A stretch of 64,000 nt of DNA from TPA_inf: Saccharomyces. Lineage: Eukaryota. Each line of letters starts with the position of its first letter. The first letter of the stretch is position 1. The stretch covers positions 512,001 to 576,000 of the forward strand of contig BK006944.2 in the NCBI GenBank assembly GCA_000146045.2. Direction: 5' to 3'. The position numbers were made by a program, and so were the translations under genes. Positions 40,770-50,546 of this stretch are shown here, piece by piece. Below the pieces are notes generated by a model that worked only from the letters and a program-made list of their open reading frames with translations, had not been told where the DNA came from and ran no database searches.

Positions 40770-42620
40770 ATGTATAAGAAGCTGGCTATTGCCACATTGC
40801 TCTATTCCGCAGATTATTTACCAGGTGTGTTTGCCCTTGGTCACCAAGTGAATAAATTGTTAGAGGAAGCAGGCAAAAAAGGCGACATTGAAACATGCCT
40901 TATTGTGACGACCTCTCTATTTAATGGCACTTTAAGCGAGCTAGCCAAGAATATTTTACAATCAATATACACCAAAATTGTGTTGGTAGAGCCTTTAAAT
41001 TGCCAAGAAGAAAGCATACAGAAGAATAGTGAGAATTTAGCTCTTTTGGAAAGACCTGAATTATCCTTTGCCTTAATCAAAGCAAGACTATGGGAATTAA
41101 CTCAGTTCGAACAAGTTCTTTACTTGGATTCCGACACTTTACCTCTGAATAAAGAATTTTTAAAGTTGTTTGACATTATGTCTAAACAAACCACGTCACA
41201 AGTGGGTGCTATTGCTGATATCGGCTGGCCTGATATGTTCAATAGCGGTGTCATGATGCTAATACCGGATGCTGATACTGCATCCGTTTTACAAAATTAT
41301 ATTTTTGAAAACACTTCAATTGATGGTTCTGACCAGGGCATTTTAAACCAGTTCTTCAATCAAAATTGTTGCACTGATGAGCTAGTTAAAGACAGTTTCT
41401 CTCGAGAATGGGTACAGTTATCATTTACGTATAACGTAACTATTCCTAATTTAGGCTACCAATCTTCACCTGCTATGAATTACTTTAAACCTAGCATTAA
41501 GTTGATTCATTTCATTGGGAAACACAAGCCATGGTCATTGTGGTCCCAAAAGAATTTCATTAAAAACGAGTATCATGATCAATGGAATGAGGTATACGAG
41601 GAATTTAAGGAAGAACATCAATTAAATAACGAAGTTTCGAAGCCAAAGATTAGTGATTCCGATAAAACTGAGACTCCTGAAACGATAACCCCAGTGGATG
41701 CCCCTCCATCGAACGAACCCACTACGAATCAAGAGATCGACACAATTAGTACAGTGGAAGAAAACGTGGACAACCAGAACGCCGAGCCTGTTCCTAACTC
41801 GGATCATAGCCCTGCTCCTAACCCTGTCCCATTGGATTTTACCAAGTGGTTAACAACCTTTATTAACAAAGATCACTTGACTAATCAGCCAGTAAATGAA
41901 AGCAGAGAATATTCGAAAGAGAATGATAACAATATAATCAATAGCAGTTCAAACCGCGACCAAGAAAGTCCTCCAAATAGTACTCAGGAACTAAACAGCT
42001 CTTATAGCGTTGTGAGTACTCAAGCTGATAGCGATGAGCACCAAAATGCAGAAGAGGAGGATAGTACGACAGATAACGCTTCAAATTCTGGAGAAGAAAG
42101 CCACCTCGATGATATAAGCACGGCCGCTTCTTCCAATAACAATGTAAGTAATCAACCAGATGGCAAAAATTTTAGCAATTCTAAAGAAAATAATATCAGT
42201 GTCGAATCTAGCCCTTCAAATCCAGAACAGAAAAGGTCAACTGACAATATACAAAAACCAAGTGTTTCTACTAATGACTTACCAGACGACGTAGAACCAC
42301 ATACCTCTGTTGATGACAATATACAGTACTTAGAAAAAGACAAGGAAGGTTATGAAGAATTTCTTCCGGACGTGTACGAGTCAAATGCAATCGATAACGA
42401 AGAAGAATTTTTTGATGACGATGCAAGAGATGCTACCGAAGGAGAAACGAAGACGAGTGCAGTTGCAGATAAACAGGAGGATATGAAACTTACAGCAGAG
42501 GAAACCAACCAACCGCAACAAGAAATGCCCAACTTCAAATTTGACTGGGAGGACTCTGATTATCTATCCAAAGTAGAGAGGTGTTTCCCTGATGATATTT
42601 TTGAGTATGCAGTAGAGTAA
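40770..42620 (+). CDS. GLG1: Glycogenin (GT8 self-glucosylating glycogen initiator), 616 aa
   Basis: Starts MYKKLAIATLLYSADYLPGVFALGHQ... with GT8 DxD (YLDSDTL). A further in-frame ATG lies 2 codons upstream (MGMYKK), and the ORF-track start at 40707 is further upstream again. The acidic, Ser/Asn-rich C-terminal half is typical of Glg1. Confidence 0.85.
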   Translation: MYKKLAIATLLYSADYLPGVFALGHQVNKLLEEAGKKGDIETCLIVTTSLFNGTLSELAKNILQSIYTKIVLVEPLNCQEESIQKNSENLALLERPELSFALIKARLWELTQFEQVLYLDSDTLPLNKEFLKLFDIMSKQTTSQVGAIADIGWPDMFNSGVMMLIPDADTASVLQNYIFENTSIDGSDQGILNQFFNQNCCTDELVKDSFSREWVQLSFTYNVTIPNLGYQSSPAMNYFKPSIKLIHFIGKHKPWSLWSQKNFIKNEYHDQWNEVYEEFKEEHQLNNEVSKPKISDSDKTETPETITPVDAPPSNEPTTNQEIDTISTVEENVDNQNAEPVPNSDHSPAPNPVPLDFTKWLTTFINKDHLTNQPVNESREYSKENDNNIINSSSNRDQESPPNSTQELNSSYSVVSTQADSDEHQNAEEEDSTTDNASNSGEESHLDDISTAASSNNNVSNQPDGKNFSNSKENNISVESSPSNPEQKRSTDNIQKPSVSTNDLPDDVEPHTSVDDNIQYLEKDKEGYEEFLPDVYESNAIDNEEEFFDDDARDATEGETKTSAVADKQEDMKLTAEETNQPQQEMPNFKFDWEDSDYLSKVERCFPDDIFEYAVE

Positions 42621-42986
42621 ACTTCCACGCACATATTAGGAAAATTAAAAGACATATCTATGTAAAGACCTTTTCGACTATACAAAAATGCATAACTATT
42701 CTATATACATTCAAACTCGAAATTTACTTTAAAGGTTTATCAGCAACAACATCCGATGCTTGCTGTTTATCTTTTCTCACCTCACAACGTTTATAGTGAC
42801 TGAAAAATTTTTGCATTCTCACCTCGTCTATTGAATGATGTGCTAAGAACTTGAGCTAACATCACAGAACAAAGGTATGAATATACGCAGCCCTGACATT
42901 TGTAGATTTTTTATTTGGTCTCTAGTCTTTTCTTTTCTTATTTTATAACAAATTCGTTAAACGGCCTCCTTCTAATTATATACAAG

Positions 42987-44174
42987 ATGTCTGAAGGTAT
43001 TACTGATATTGAAGAATCCCAAATTCAAACCAACTATGACAAGGTTGTCTACAAGTTCGATGATATGGAATTGGACGAAAACTTGTTAAGAGGTGTTTTC
43101 GGTTACGGTTTCGAAGAACCATCTGCCATTCAACAACGTGCCATCATGCCTATTATTGAAGGTCACGATGTCTTGGCTCAAGCTCAATCTGGTACTGGTA
43201 AGACCGGTACCTTTTCCATTGCTGCTTTGCAAAGAATTGACACCTCTGTCAAGGCTCCTCAAGCTTTGATGTTGGCTCCAACTAGAGAATTGGCTTTGCA
43301 AATCCAAAAGGTTGTCATGGCTTTGGCTTTCCACATGGACATCAAGGTCCACGCTTGTATCGGTGGTACTTCCTTTGTTGAAGACGCTGAAGGTTTGAGA
43401 GATGCTCAAATCGTCGTTGGTACTCCAGGTCGTGTTTTTGACAACATCCAAAGACGTAGATTCAGAACTGACAAGATCAAGATGTTCATCTTAGATGAAG
43501 CTGATGAAATGTTGTCTTCTGGTTTCAAGGAACAAATCTACCAAATTTTCACCTTACTTCCACCAACCACTCAAGTTGTTCTATTGTCCGCCACCATGCC
43601 AAATGACGTCTTGGAAGTTACCACCAAATTTATGAGAAACCCAGTTAGAATTTTGGTTAAGAAGGATGAATTGACTTTGGAAGGTATCAAACAATTCTAC
43701 GTTAATGTTGAAGAAGAAGAATACAAATACGAGTGTTTGACCGATTTATACGACTCTATCTCCGTTACTCAAGCTGTCATCTTCTGTAACACCAGAAGAA
43801 AGGTCGAAGAATTGACCACTAAGTTAAGAAACGACAAATTTACCGTTTCTGCCATCTACTCTGATTTACCACAACAAGAAAGAGACACCATCATGAAGGA
43901 ATTCAGAAGTGGTTCTTCCAGAATTTTGATCTCCACTGATTTGTTGGCTAGAGGTATCGATGTCCAACAAGTTTCTTTGGTTATTAACTACGACTTACCA
44001 GCTAACAAAGAAAACTATATTCACAGAATCGGTAGAGGTGGTCGTTTCGGTAGAAAGGGTGTTGCCATCAACTTTGTTACTAACGAAGACGTTGGCGCTA
44101 TGAGAGAACTAGAAAAGTTCTACTCCACTCAAATTGAAGAATTGCCATCCGACATCGCTACTTTGTTGAACTAA
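42987..44174 (+). CDS. TIF1: Translation initiation factor eIF4A (DEAD-box helicase), 395 aa
   Basis: ATG at 42987. The ORF reads [53 protein letters not shown]... with [15 protein letters not shown] and HRIGRGGR motifs. TIF1 is preferred over the identical paralog TIF2 by synteny. Confidence 0.93.
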
Positions 44175-44517
44175 GGGAGACAAAAACTTCTTAAAAAAGT
44201 ATCTTGTGAGGCTATCTTGATAACGTAACATATATTTCTAAAAAGTTATATATGCTTTTTGTATTTAATTTGTTTTTCTTTTTACATTCCTATTATTCTT
44301 CAAAGTCCAAAAGACTCTCGGCACGAAGGTTGAAATACCCTATACTAATTGTTTGCTTTGTCTTTTTGTATATATCCGAACGTATCTATCTGAAATTTTT
44401 CAAATTTATAAAAAATAATATATATAAAAGGAAAAAAAAAAAAATCGATGCCCTACTAATAGAGATTGGAGCTGAAAAGAAAAAGTGTACATCAAACGCT
44501 ATATCTCGAGGTTTGGG

Positions 44518-45342
44518 ATGGTTGAGTCAAATGATATTATAAAAAGTGGGCTGGCAGAGAAAGCACTAAAGGCTCTAATTTTACAATGTGAAGAGAACCC
44601 ATCTTTAAAAAATGATAAGGACATACACATAATCATCAACACGGGCAAAAAAATGGGCATAAACAGGGACAACATCCCCCGTATTATTCCATTAACAAAG
44701 TACAAGCTATTTAAACCAAGGGACCTAAACATATTACTCATTACCAAGGATCCCTCTGCCTTGTATAGAGAAACTTTGACGAAAGACGAGCATACGTCGG
44801 AATTATTCAAGGAAATTATAAGTGTCAAGAACTTGAGACGTAGATTCAAAGGGAGTAAACTGACCCAACTTTATAAAGATTTTGACTTGGTCGTTGCCGA
44901 TTACAGAGTTCACCACTTACTTCCGGAGGTTCTTGGTAGCAGATTTTATCACGGTAGTAAAAAATTGCCATACATGATCCGCATGTCGAAAGAAGTAAAA
45001 TTGAAGCGTCAACAAATGGTCGAAAAATGTGACCCCATTTACGTGAGAGCACAATTGAGAAGTATATGTAAGAATACCTCATACATTCCCAATAATGACA
45101 ACTGCTTAAGCGTCAGGGTCGGTTATATTCAAAAACACTCCATACCAGAAATTTTGCAAAACATCCAAGATACAATAAACTTTCTCACTGATAAAAGTAA
45201 GAGACCGCAAGGCGGCGTCATTAAAGGAGGAATAATATCTATATTTGTCAAGACCAGTAACAGTACTAGTTTGCCTATATATCAGTTTTCAGAGGCTAGA
45301 GAAAATCAGAAAAATGAAGATCTGAGTGATATTAAATTGTAA
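44518..45342 (+). CDS. UTP30: Ribosomal L1-domain nucleolar protein (SSU processome associated), 274 aa
   Basis: ATG at 44518 gives MVESNDIIKSGLAEKALKALILQCEENPSLKND... Confidence 0.88.
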   Translation: MVESNDIIKSGLAEKALKALILQCEENPSLKNDKDIHIIINTGKKMGINRDNIPRIIPLTKYKLFKPRDLNILLITKDPSALYRETLTKDEHTSELFKEIISVKNLRRRFKGSKLTQLYKDFDLVVADYRVHHLLPEVLGSRFYHGSKKLPYMIRMSKEVKLKRQQMVEKCDPIYVRAQLRSICKNTSYIPNNDNCLSVRVGYIQKHSIPEILQNIQDTINFLTDKSKRPQGGVIKGGIISIFVKTSNSTSLPIYQFSEARENQKNEDLSDIKL

Positions 45343-45676
45343 AATTAAAGCATCATCTTTTAAATACGGTATTTAAACACTCCCAATGAAAAAGCGTGAT
45401 TTTGTCTAACTAATTATAGCATTAATAAAGTGTTTTAAACTTTAATTCCTTTCAAGAATTTGCAAGATTATAGAAATTTAGTAAGCGAAAAAAAAAAAGA
45501 AAAAAAAAAGAACAGACACCCTATAAAAATAGAATAAACATAATAAGCCACCATTTGCCTGTCTGATGATATTCTTGATTCTTTATATCTCTTCAGGTAT
45601 GTGACACCTATACATGCAACGCTTTTTTTGCGTTTTTTCTATACAATAGTTGTTTATTTAAAAGCGTAGGAGCTTC

Positions 45677-46954
45677 ATGCAAATCTGCAAGGTATTTCTT
45701 ACACAGGTTAAAAAACTACTTTTTGTTAGTCTTCTATTTTGCTTGATAGCTCAAACATGTTGGCTTGCACTTGTACCATATCAGAGACAGCTGAGCCTAG
45801 ATTCGTATTTTTTTAGAAGATCTCGAGAAGTTTCATCGAGATATGATTTTACAAGGAGGCGACATATGAATCAGACGCTGAAGCTATCTAGCAACACTTA
45901 TAATGATGAACCACTAAACAAGACCAAGGGAATAAAAAATCAAAGAGAAAATGCTACATTGTTAATGCTTGTGCGTAATTGGGAACTTTCGGGGGCACTC
46001 CGTTCCATGAGATCACTAGAAGACCGTTTCAATAAAAACTACCAGTATGACTGGACATTTCTTAATGATGTCCCATTTGATCAAGAGTTCATCGAAGCCA
46101 CCACAGCCATGGCTAGTGGTAGAACGCAATACGCTTTAATCCCTGCGGAGGACTGGAACAGGCCATCTTGGATCAACGAAACTCTATTTGAAGAGGCTTT
46201 ACAATTAATGGAGGAAAAAAATATCTTGTACGGTGGGTCAAAGTCATATAGAAATATGTGCCGATTTAATTCTGGATTTTTCTTTAGACAAAAGATATTA
46301 GATCCGTACGATTTTTATTTCAGAGTTGAGCCAGATGTAGAGTATTTTTGCGATTTTCCCTACGATCCATTCAAGGTGATGAGGCAGAACAATAAGAAAT
46401 ATGGCTTTGTGATAACTATGTATGAATACGAAGATACAATTCCGAGCCTATGGGAAGCTGTAGAAGAATATCTCGAAGAAACAGAGTCAGCAGATATTGA
46501 CATGGAAAGCAACGCTTTCGGGTTCGTATCAAATTTCGACTTCATCGGTAAATCTTTTGGTGTCATCGATAGTAACAGCGGCTATAATTTATGTCATTTT
46601 TGGACAAATTTTGAAATTGGCGATTTGAACTTTTTCAGAAGTGAGAAATACATTAGATTTTTCGAGTACTTGGATTCAAAGGGCGGTTTTTACTATGAAA
46701 GGTGGGGAGATGCACCAGTTCATTCGATTGCTGCCTCACTTCTTTTGAAAAAAGACGAAATCATCCATTTTGATGAATTAGGCTATAAGCATATGCCTTT
46801 TGGCACGTGTCCATCTGCATACTACCTGAGACTTCAACAAAGATGTCTTTGTGATAGCAATCACCCAGACAATATTGATCTCAATGTCATCAGCTGCCTG
46901 AGAAGATGGTGGAAGGACGGCAGCGGTAAATACTTCCTCAAACACGATTCATAG
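45677..46954 (+). CDS. KTR2: Golgi alpha-1,2-mannosyltransferase (GT15, KRE2/MNT1 family), type II membrane protein, 425 aa
   Basis: ATG at 45677. An N-terminal TM segment (LLFVSLLFCLIAQTCWLALV) precedes the GT15 catalytic domain (YRNMCRFNSGFFF, HFWTNFEIGDL). Confidence 0.92.
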   Translation: MQICKVFLTQVKKLLFVSLLFCLIAQTCWLALVPYQRQLSLDSYFFRRSREVSSRYDFTRRRHMNQTLKLSSNTYNDEPLNKTKGIKNQRENATLLMLVRNWELSGALRSMRSLEDRFNKNYQYDWTFLNDVPFDQEFIEATTAMASGRTQYALIPAEDWNRPSWINETLFEEALQLMEEKNILYGGSKSYRNMCRFNSGFFFRQKILDPYDFYFRVEPDVEYFCDFPYDPFKVMRQNNKKYGFVITMYEYEDTIPSLWEAVEEYLEETESADIDMESNAFGFVSNFDFIGKSFGVIDSNSGYNLCHFWTNFEIGDLNFFRSEKYIRFFEYLDSKGGFYYERWGDAPVHSIAASLLLKKDEIIHFDELGYKHMPFGTCPSAYYLRLQQRCLCDSNHPDNIDLNVISCLRRWWKDGSGKYFLKHDS

Positions 46955-47665
46955 CGAGAAAAGCGTGTATCCGCATACTATAAATACGTATATATAACAA
47001 AGTAACCATCAAGAAAGATGTTCCATACCTCAGGTCATCACCATTTCATGGGTCGCTTAACCGAAAATATCAGAAGCAACCTCTAACGGCGATGGTTTTA
47101 AAGATGGATTACCTCAGCACCAACAGTTACACTATTCGGAACCGAAGATTTATCTACGATACTCATTATCCTTTCTCTATCTCACCCTGAAATAATTTAT
47201 TAAAAATAAACTATGCCAAAGAAGAGAAAAGAGAAAAATTTAAAAAAAACGAGAGCCATTGCAACAGTTTTGGAAGTAAGAATAGGTTGAAAATTAGTCA
47301 AAAAGACAAATCCGGCTCCTATAAACCATCAAACAATAGGCTCCCTAAAGCATCACAAATTGTTATGCTTTCTTTTAAGAGAAATGTTTTTTAAAGCATC
47401 AAAGGTCCAGGGCAAGAAAAATTCTTTCTGGTAGCAAATGCTATAGTTCACGGCTTTTATAGTCAAAATGTTATATGCGAGAAGAAAAAGAAAAGCGCGA
47501 GCTTACTTCGGGTAAGAAGTTCACTTACGAATCAGGGCAAAAGAGCTAATAAGAAGTGAACTAGTTACATAACCGTGTGCTCTGTAGAACACGAGAAAGC
47601 TGTTACACAGAACTGTTTTATACCAAGTAGTTCGTTCGATTTGGAAAAGAGAGTAGTCTTTTGCG

Positions 47666-48652
47666 ATGAGTAAAAACAGGGACCCTCTACTGGCTAATTT
47701 GAACGCTTTCAAAAGCAAAGTGAAGTCTGCCCCGGTGATCGCACCCGCTAAAGTTGGACAGAAGAAGACCAATGACACAGTGATTACTATAGATGGAAAC
47801 ACTAGGAAGAGGACGGCCTCCGAACGTGCGCAAGAAAACACTTTGAACTCTGCGAAAAATCCTGTGTTAGTGGATATCAAGAAAGAAGCTGGGAGCAATA
47901 GCTCTAATGCTATTTCATTAGATGACGACGATGACGACGAAGATTTTGGTAGCTCTCCTTCAAAAAAAGTAAGGCCTGGCTCTATTGCTGCAGCCGCTTT
48001 ACAAGCAAATCAAACAGATATTTCCAAGAGTCACGATTCTTCAAAGTTGCTTTGGGCGACTGAATACATTCAAAAGAAAGGTAAGCCCGTTTTGGTGAAT
48101 GAGTTATTGGACTACTTGTCAATGAAAAAAGATGACAAGGTTATTGAGCTTTTAAAAAAATTAGATAGAATAGAGTTTGACCCCAAGAAGGGGACTTTCA
48201 AATACCTTTCCACCTACGATGTCCATTCCCCTTCGGAACTGCTGAAGTTGTTACGTTCACAAGTAACATTCAAAGGTATTTCCTGCAAAGACTTGAAAGA
48301 CGGTTGGCCACAATGCGATGAAACGATTAACCAACTGGAGGAAGACAGCAAAATTTTGGTGTTAAGAACTAAAAAGGATAAAACTCCAAGATACGTTTGG
48401 TATAACAGCGGTGGTAACTTGAAATGTATTGACGAGGAGTTTGTTAAAATGTGGGAAAATGTGCAATTACCGCAATTTGCAGAATTGCCAAGAAAGCTGC
48501 AAGATTTAGGTCTAAAGCCTGCTAGTGTCGATCCTGCTACTATCAAAAGACAAACAAAGAGAGTTGAAGTTAAAAAGAAGAGACAAAGAAAGGGTAAGAT
48601 TACTAACACTCATATGACCGGTATCTTGAAAGATTATTCCCATAGAGTATGA
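47666..48652 (+). CDS. TFA2: TFIIE small (beta) subunit, 328 aa
   Basis: ATG at 47666 gives MSKNRDPLLANLNAFKSKVKSAPVIAPAKVGQKK... A winged-helix region and a basic C-terminus are present. Confidence 0.92.
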   Translation: MSKNRDPLLANLNAFKSKVKSAPVIAPAKVGQKKTNDTVITIDGNTRKRTASERAQENTLNSAKNPVLVDIKKEAGSNSSNAISLDDDDDDEDFGSSPSKKVRPGSIAAAALQANQTDISKSHDSSKLLWATEYIQKKGKPVLVNELLDYLSMKKDDKVIELLKKLDRIEFDPKKGTFKYLSTYDVHSPSELLKLLRSQVTFKGISCKDLKDGWPQCDETINQLEEDSKILVLRTKKDKTPRYVWYNSGGNLKCIDEEFVKMWENVQLPQFAELPRKLQDLGLKPASVDPATIKRQTKRVEVKKKRQRKGKITNTHMTGILKDYSHRV

Positions 48653-48788
48653 GGTTGTTTTGATTAAATCATTTTCGTTTGCATATTAGGTTAAAGAGAC
48701 TGTGATTATATATACATGCACGTTAGGGTGCAGCATACAACTCAGCTTTATAGTCTACAACGTATTTATAACGAGCATTGGAAACAGG

Positions 48789-50297
48789 TTACAGGACACC
48801 AAAGGGTTTGGGTTTCCAATTTTGAACCCTTGACCAATTTTTTACTGGTGTAGCTCTGTTCTCCTCTTGTTTATTTTTTTTACCTACTGTTCCGAAACTG
48901 CTCATTCTCTGTTTCAAAGACGCCAAATCGCCTAGTATATCATTGGTATCAGCCTTTAATGCCGGACTCACTTCCTTCTTCAATGGAACGGAATCTTTTT
49001 CCGCAGGAATAAAATCATACAGCTTTATTTCACCTTCATTAAACCTTAATGATAAATTGTCTATGTTTTCCTTCAGTTTTGCCTCGATTTCCACTGTGCT
49101 ATCAATTTGTTTTCTCCGTTTTTTGTTTCTCCATGAGTTACCAGTAATTTTTTCAGTCTCTAGTTTGGCCAGCATAGATTGGCAAAAATACAATATCAAG
49201 TATGACGCATTTTCATCAATAAGTTTCTCCCAATTTTGCCATTTATTTTTAAAATTTTTATTGTTAAGGTTATTTATAATAACATCTAACAGCCTTTTTT
49301 GTAGTTCTTTCCAGGCATTGAATTTCCTTTTTAAAATTGTCGTTATATTACTATCATCTTGTTGGGTTCTGTAATTCCTAGCTACCCACTCAATGACCTT
49401 CCAATCAAAATTGTTCAAATTAAGCATTAAAACTTTGAGTAAAAGTGGGTCATAATTGTTAAAAAATTTCTCAAGAACCACATTGTGATAAATGGATAAT
49501 TTCCAAAGTTCTTGCCATTGACGCAAATTTTCCCTGATCATAGTTTCTGATGAACTTGCGTGTGAACTTTTCCTCTTTTCGGCATCATAGTTCACCAAAT
49601 TATCCCCAGAAAAGTTACTACTTGTAATTAAACTATCGTTTGCATTCTCCCACACCCATTTGTATTCCAGAAACTCGTTTCTAAGTCGCTTCCATTTATC
49701 AAGTGTTTTAGTTAATGACTCCATATATTTCTCCAGTTTATCATTTCTTCTGTATCCGTAACCGGTATCATCATCATCGTCATCATCATCCCTGTCATCT
49801 TCTAATTCCTCATCGTTCCAGTAGTGATCATATAGCCAAGATAACGCTTCATTGGCGGCCCAACGAAGCATTTCTAATCCAGGTAAATCTCTCTCATGTG
49901 TACCCCAGTGTCTCAAATCAACAAACCAGGACGGCAGTCCAATTTTAGCAGCTAATGTGTGTAAGGGAATAGCGAACTGAGATTGTTGCGTTGGATCCAA
50001 TAAGCCATTGACAAACCGAATCAAAGCCATTACATACGATAACCGGATAGGAATAGAATCCTGATGTACTCCTAAACACGCTTCCTTTTCGTCTAGCAAT
50101 ACCGCACATGTTATTTGTGCTGTAGAGTCCACCACGTGAGGTAAATATTGGGAACCCTTTAGTCGGTAGCTCTGTACTCTTTGCACTGCACGCTGTCGCT
50201 TATCTTCAATGGTTCCTTTGCTTTTCGGGTAAAACCAAAGTTTCAGCTCCTCTAGTTCAGCAAAATCCCTCCATGGAACGATTCGTGGTGGTATCAT
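48789..50297 (-). CDS. LAS1: Las1 endoribonuclease for ITS2 pre-rRNA processing, 502 aa
   Basis: ATG (cat at 50295-50297) gives MIPPRIVPWRDFAELEELKLWFYPKSKGTIEDKRQRAVQRVQSYRLKGSQYLPHVVDSTAQ... with an acidic D-run and a C-terminal HEPN-like region. Confidence 0.92.
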   Translation of the reverse strand: MIPPRIVPWRDFAELEELKLWFYPKSKGTIEDKRQRAVQRVQSYRLKGSQYLPHVVDSTAQITCAVLLDEKEACLGVHQDSIPIRLSYVMALIRFVNGLLDPTQQSQFAIPLHTLAAKIGLPSWFVDLRHWGTHERDLPGLEMLRWAANEALSWLYDHYWNDEELEDDRDDDDDDDDTGYGYRRNDKLEKYMESLTKTLDKWKRLRNEFLEYKWVWENANDSLITSSNFSGDNLVNYDAEKRKSSHASSSETMIRENLRQWQELWKLSIYHNVVLEKFFNNYDPLLLKVLMLNLNNFDWKVIEWVARNYRTQQDDSNITTILKRKFNAWKELQKRLLDVIINNLNNKNFKNKWQNWEKLIDENASYLILYFCQSMLAKLETEKITGNSWRNKKRRKQIDSTVEIEAKLKENIDNLSLRFNEGEIKLYDFIPAEKDSVPLKKEVSPALKADTNDILGDLASLKQRMSSFGTVGKKNKQEENRATPVKNWSRVQNWKPKPFGVL

Positions 50298-50546
50298 TAG
50301 ATTGCCCTTTTTTCATTGCTTTCTAGAAATGACTTTTGTTTAAGCTAATTTAGGCATTCTTAGGTATTTTTTTCACTCTTTCTGCGACTGCGATGAGCTT
50401 ATTAATCTTTCACATTCGGGTAATTTTTTGCATAACAATAAGTCATGAATTTATTGTTGCGATTTTGCAGTGTTATGAGTCTATGAAGAGAAGAAAGAAA
50501 CTAGAAACCAATTGATACCAGACTTTAGTTGACAACTGATCTCATA

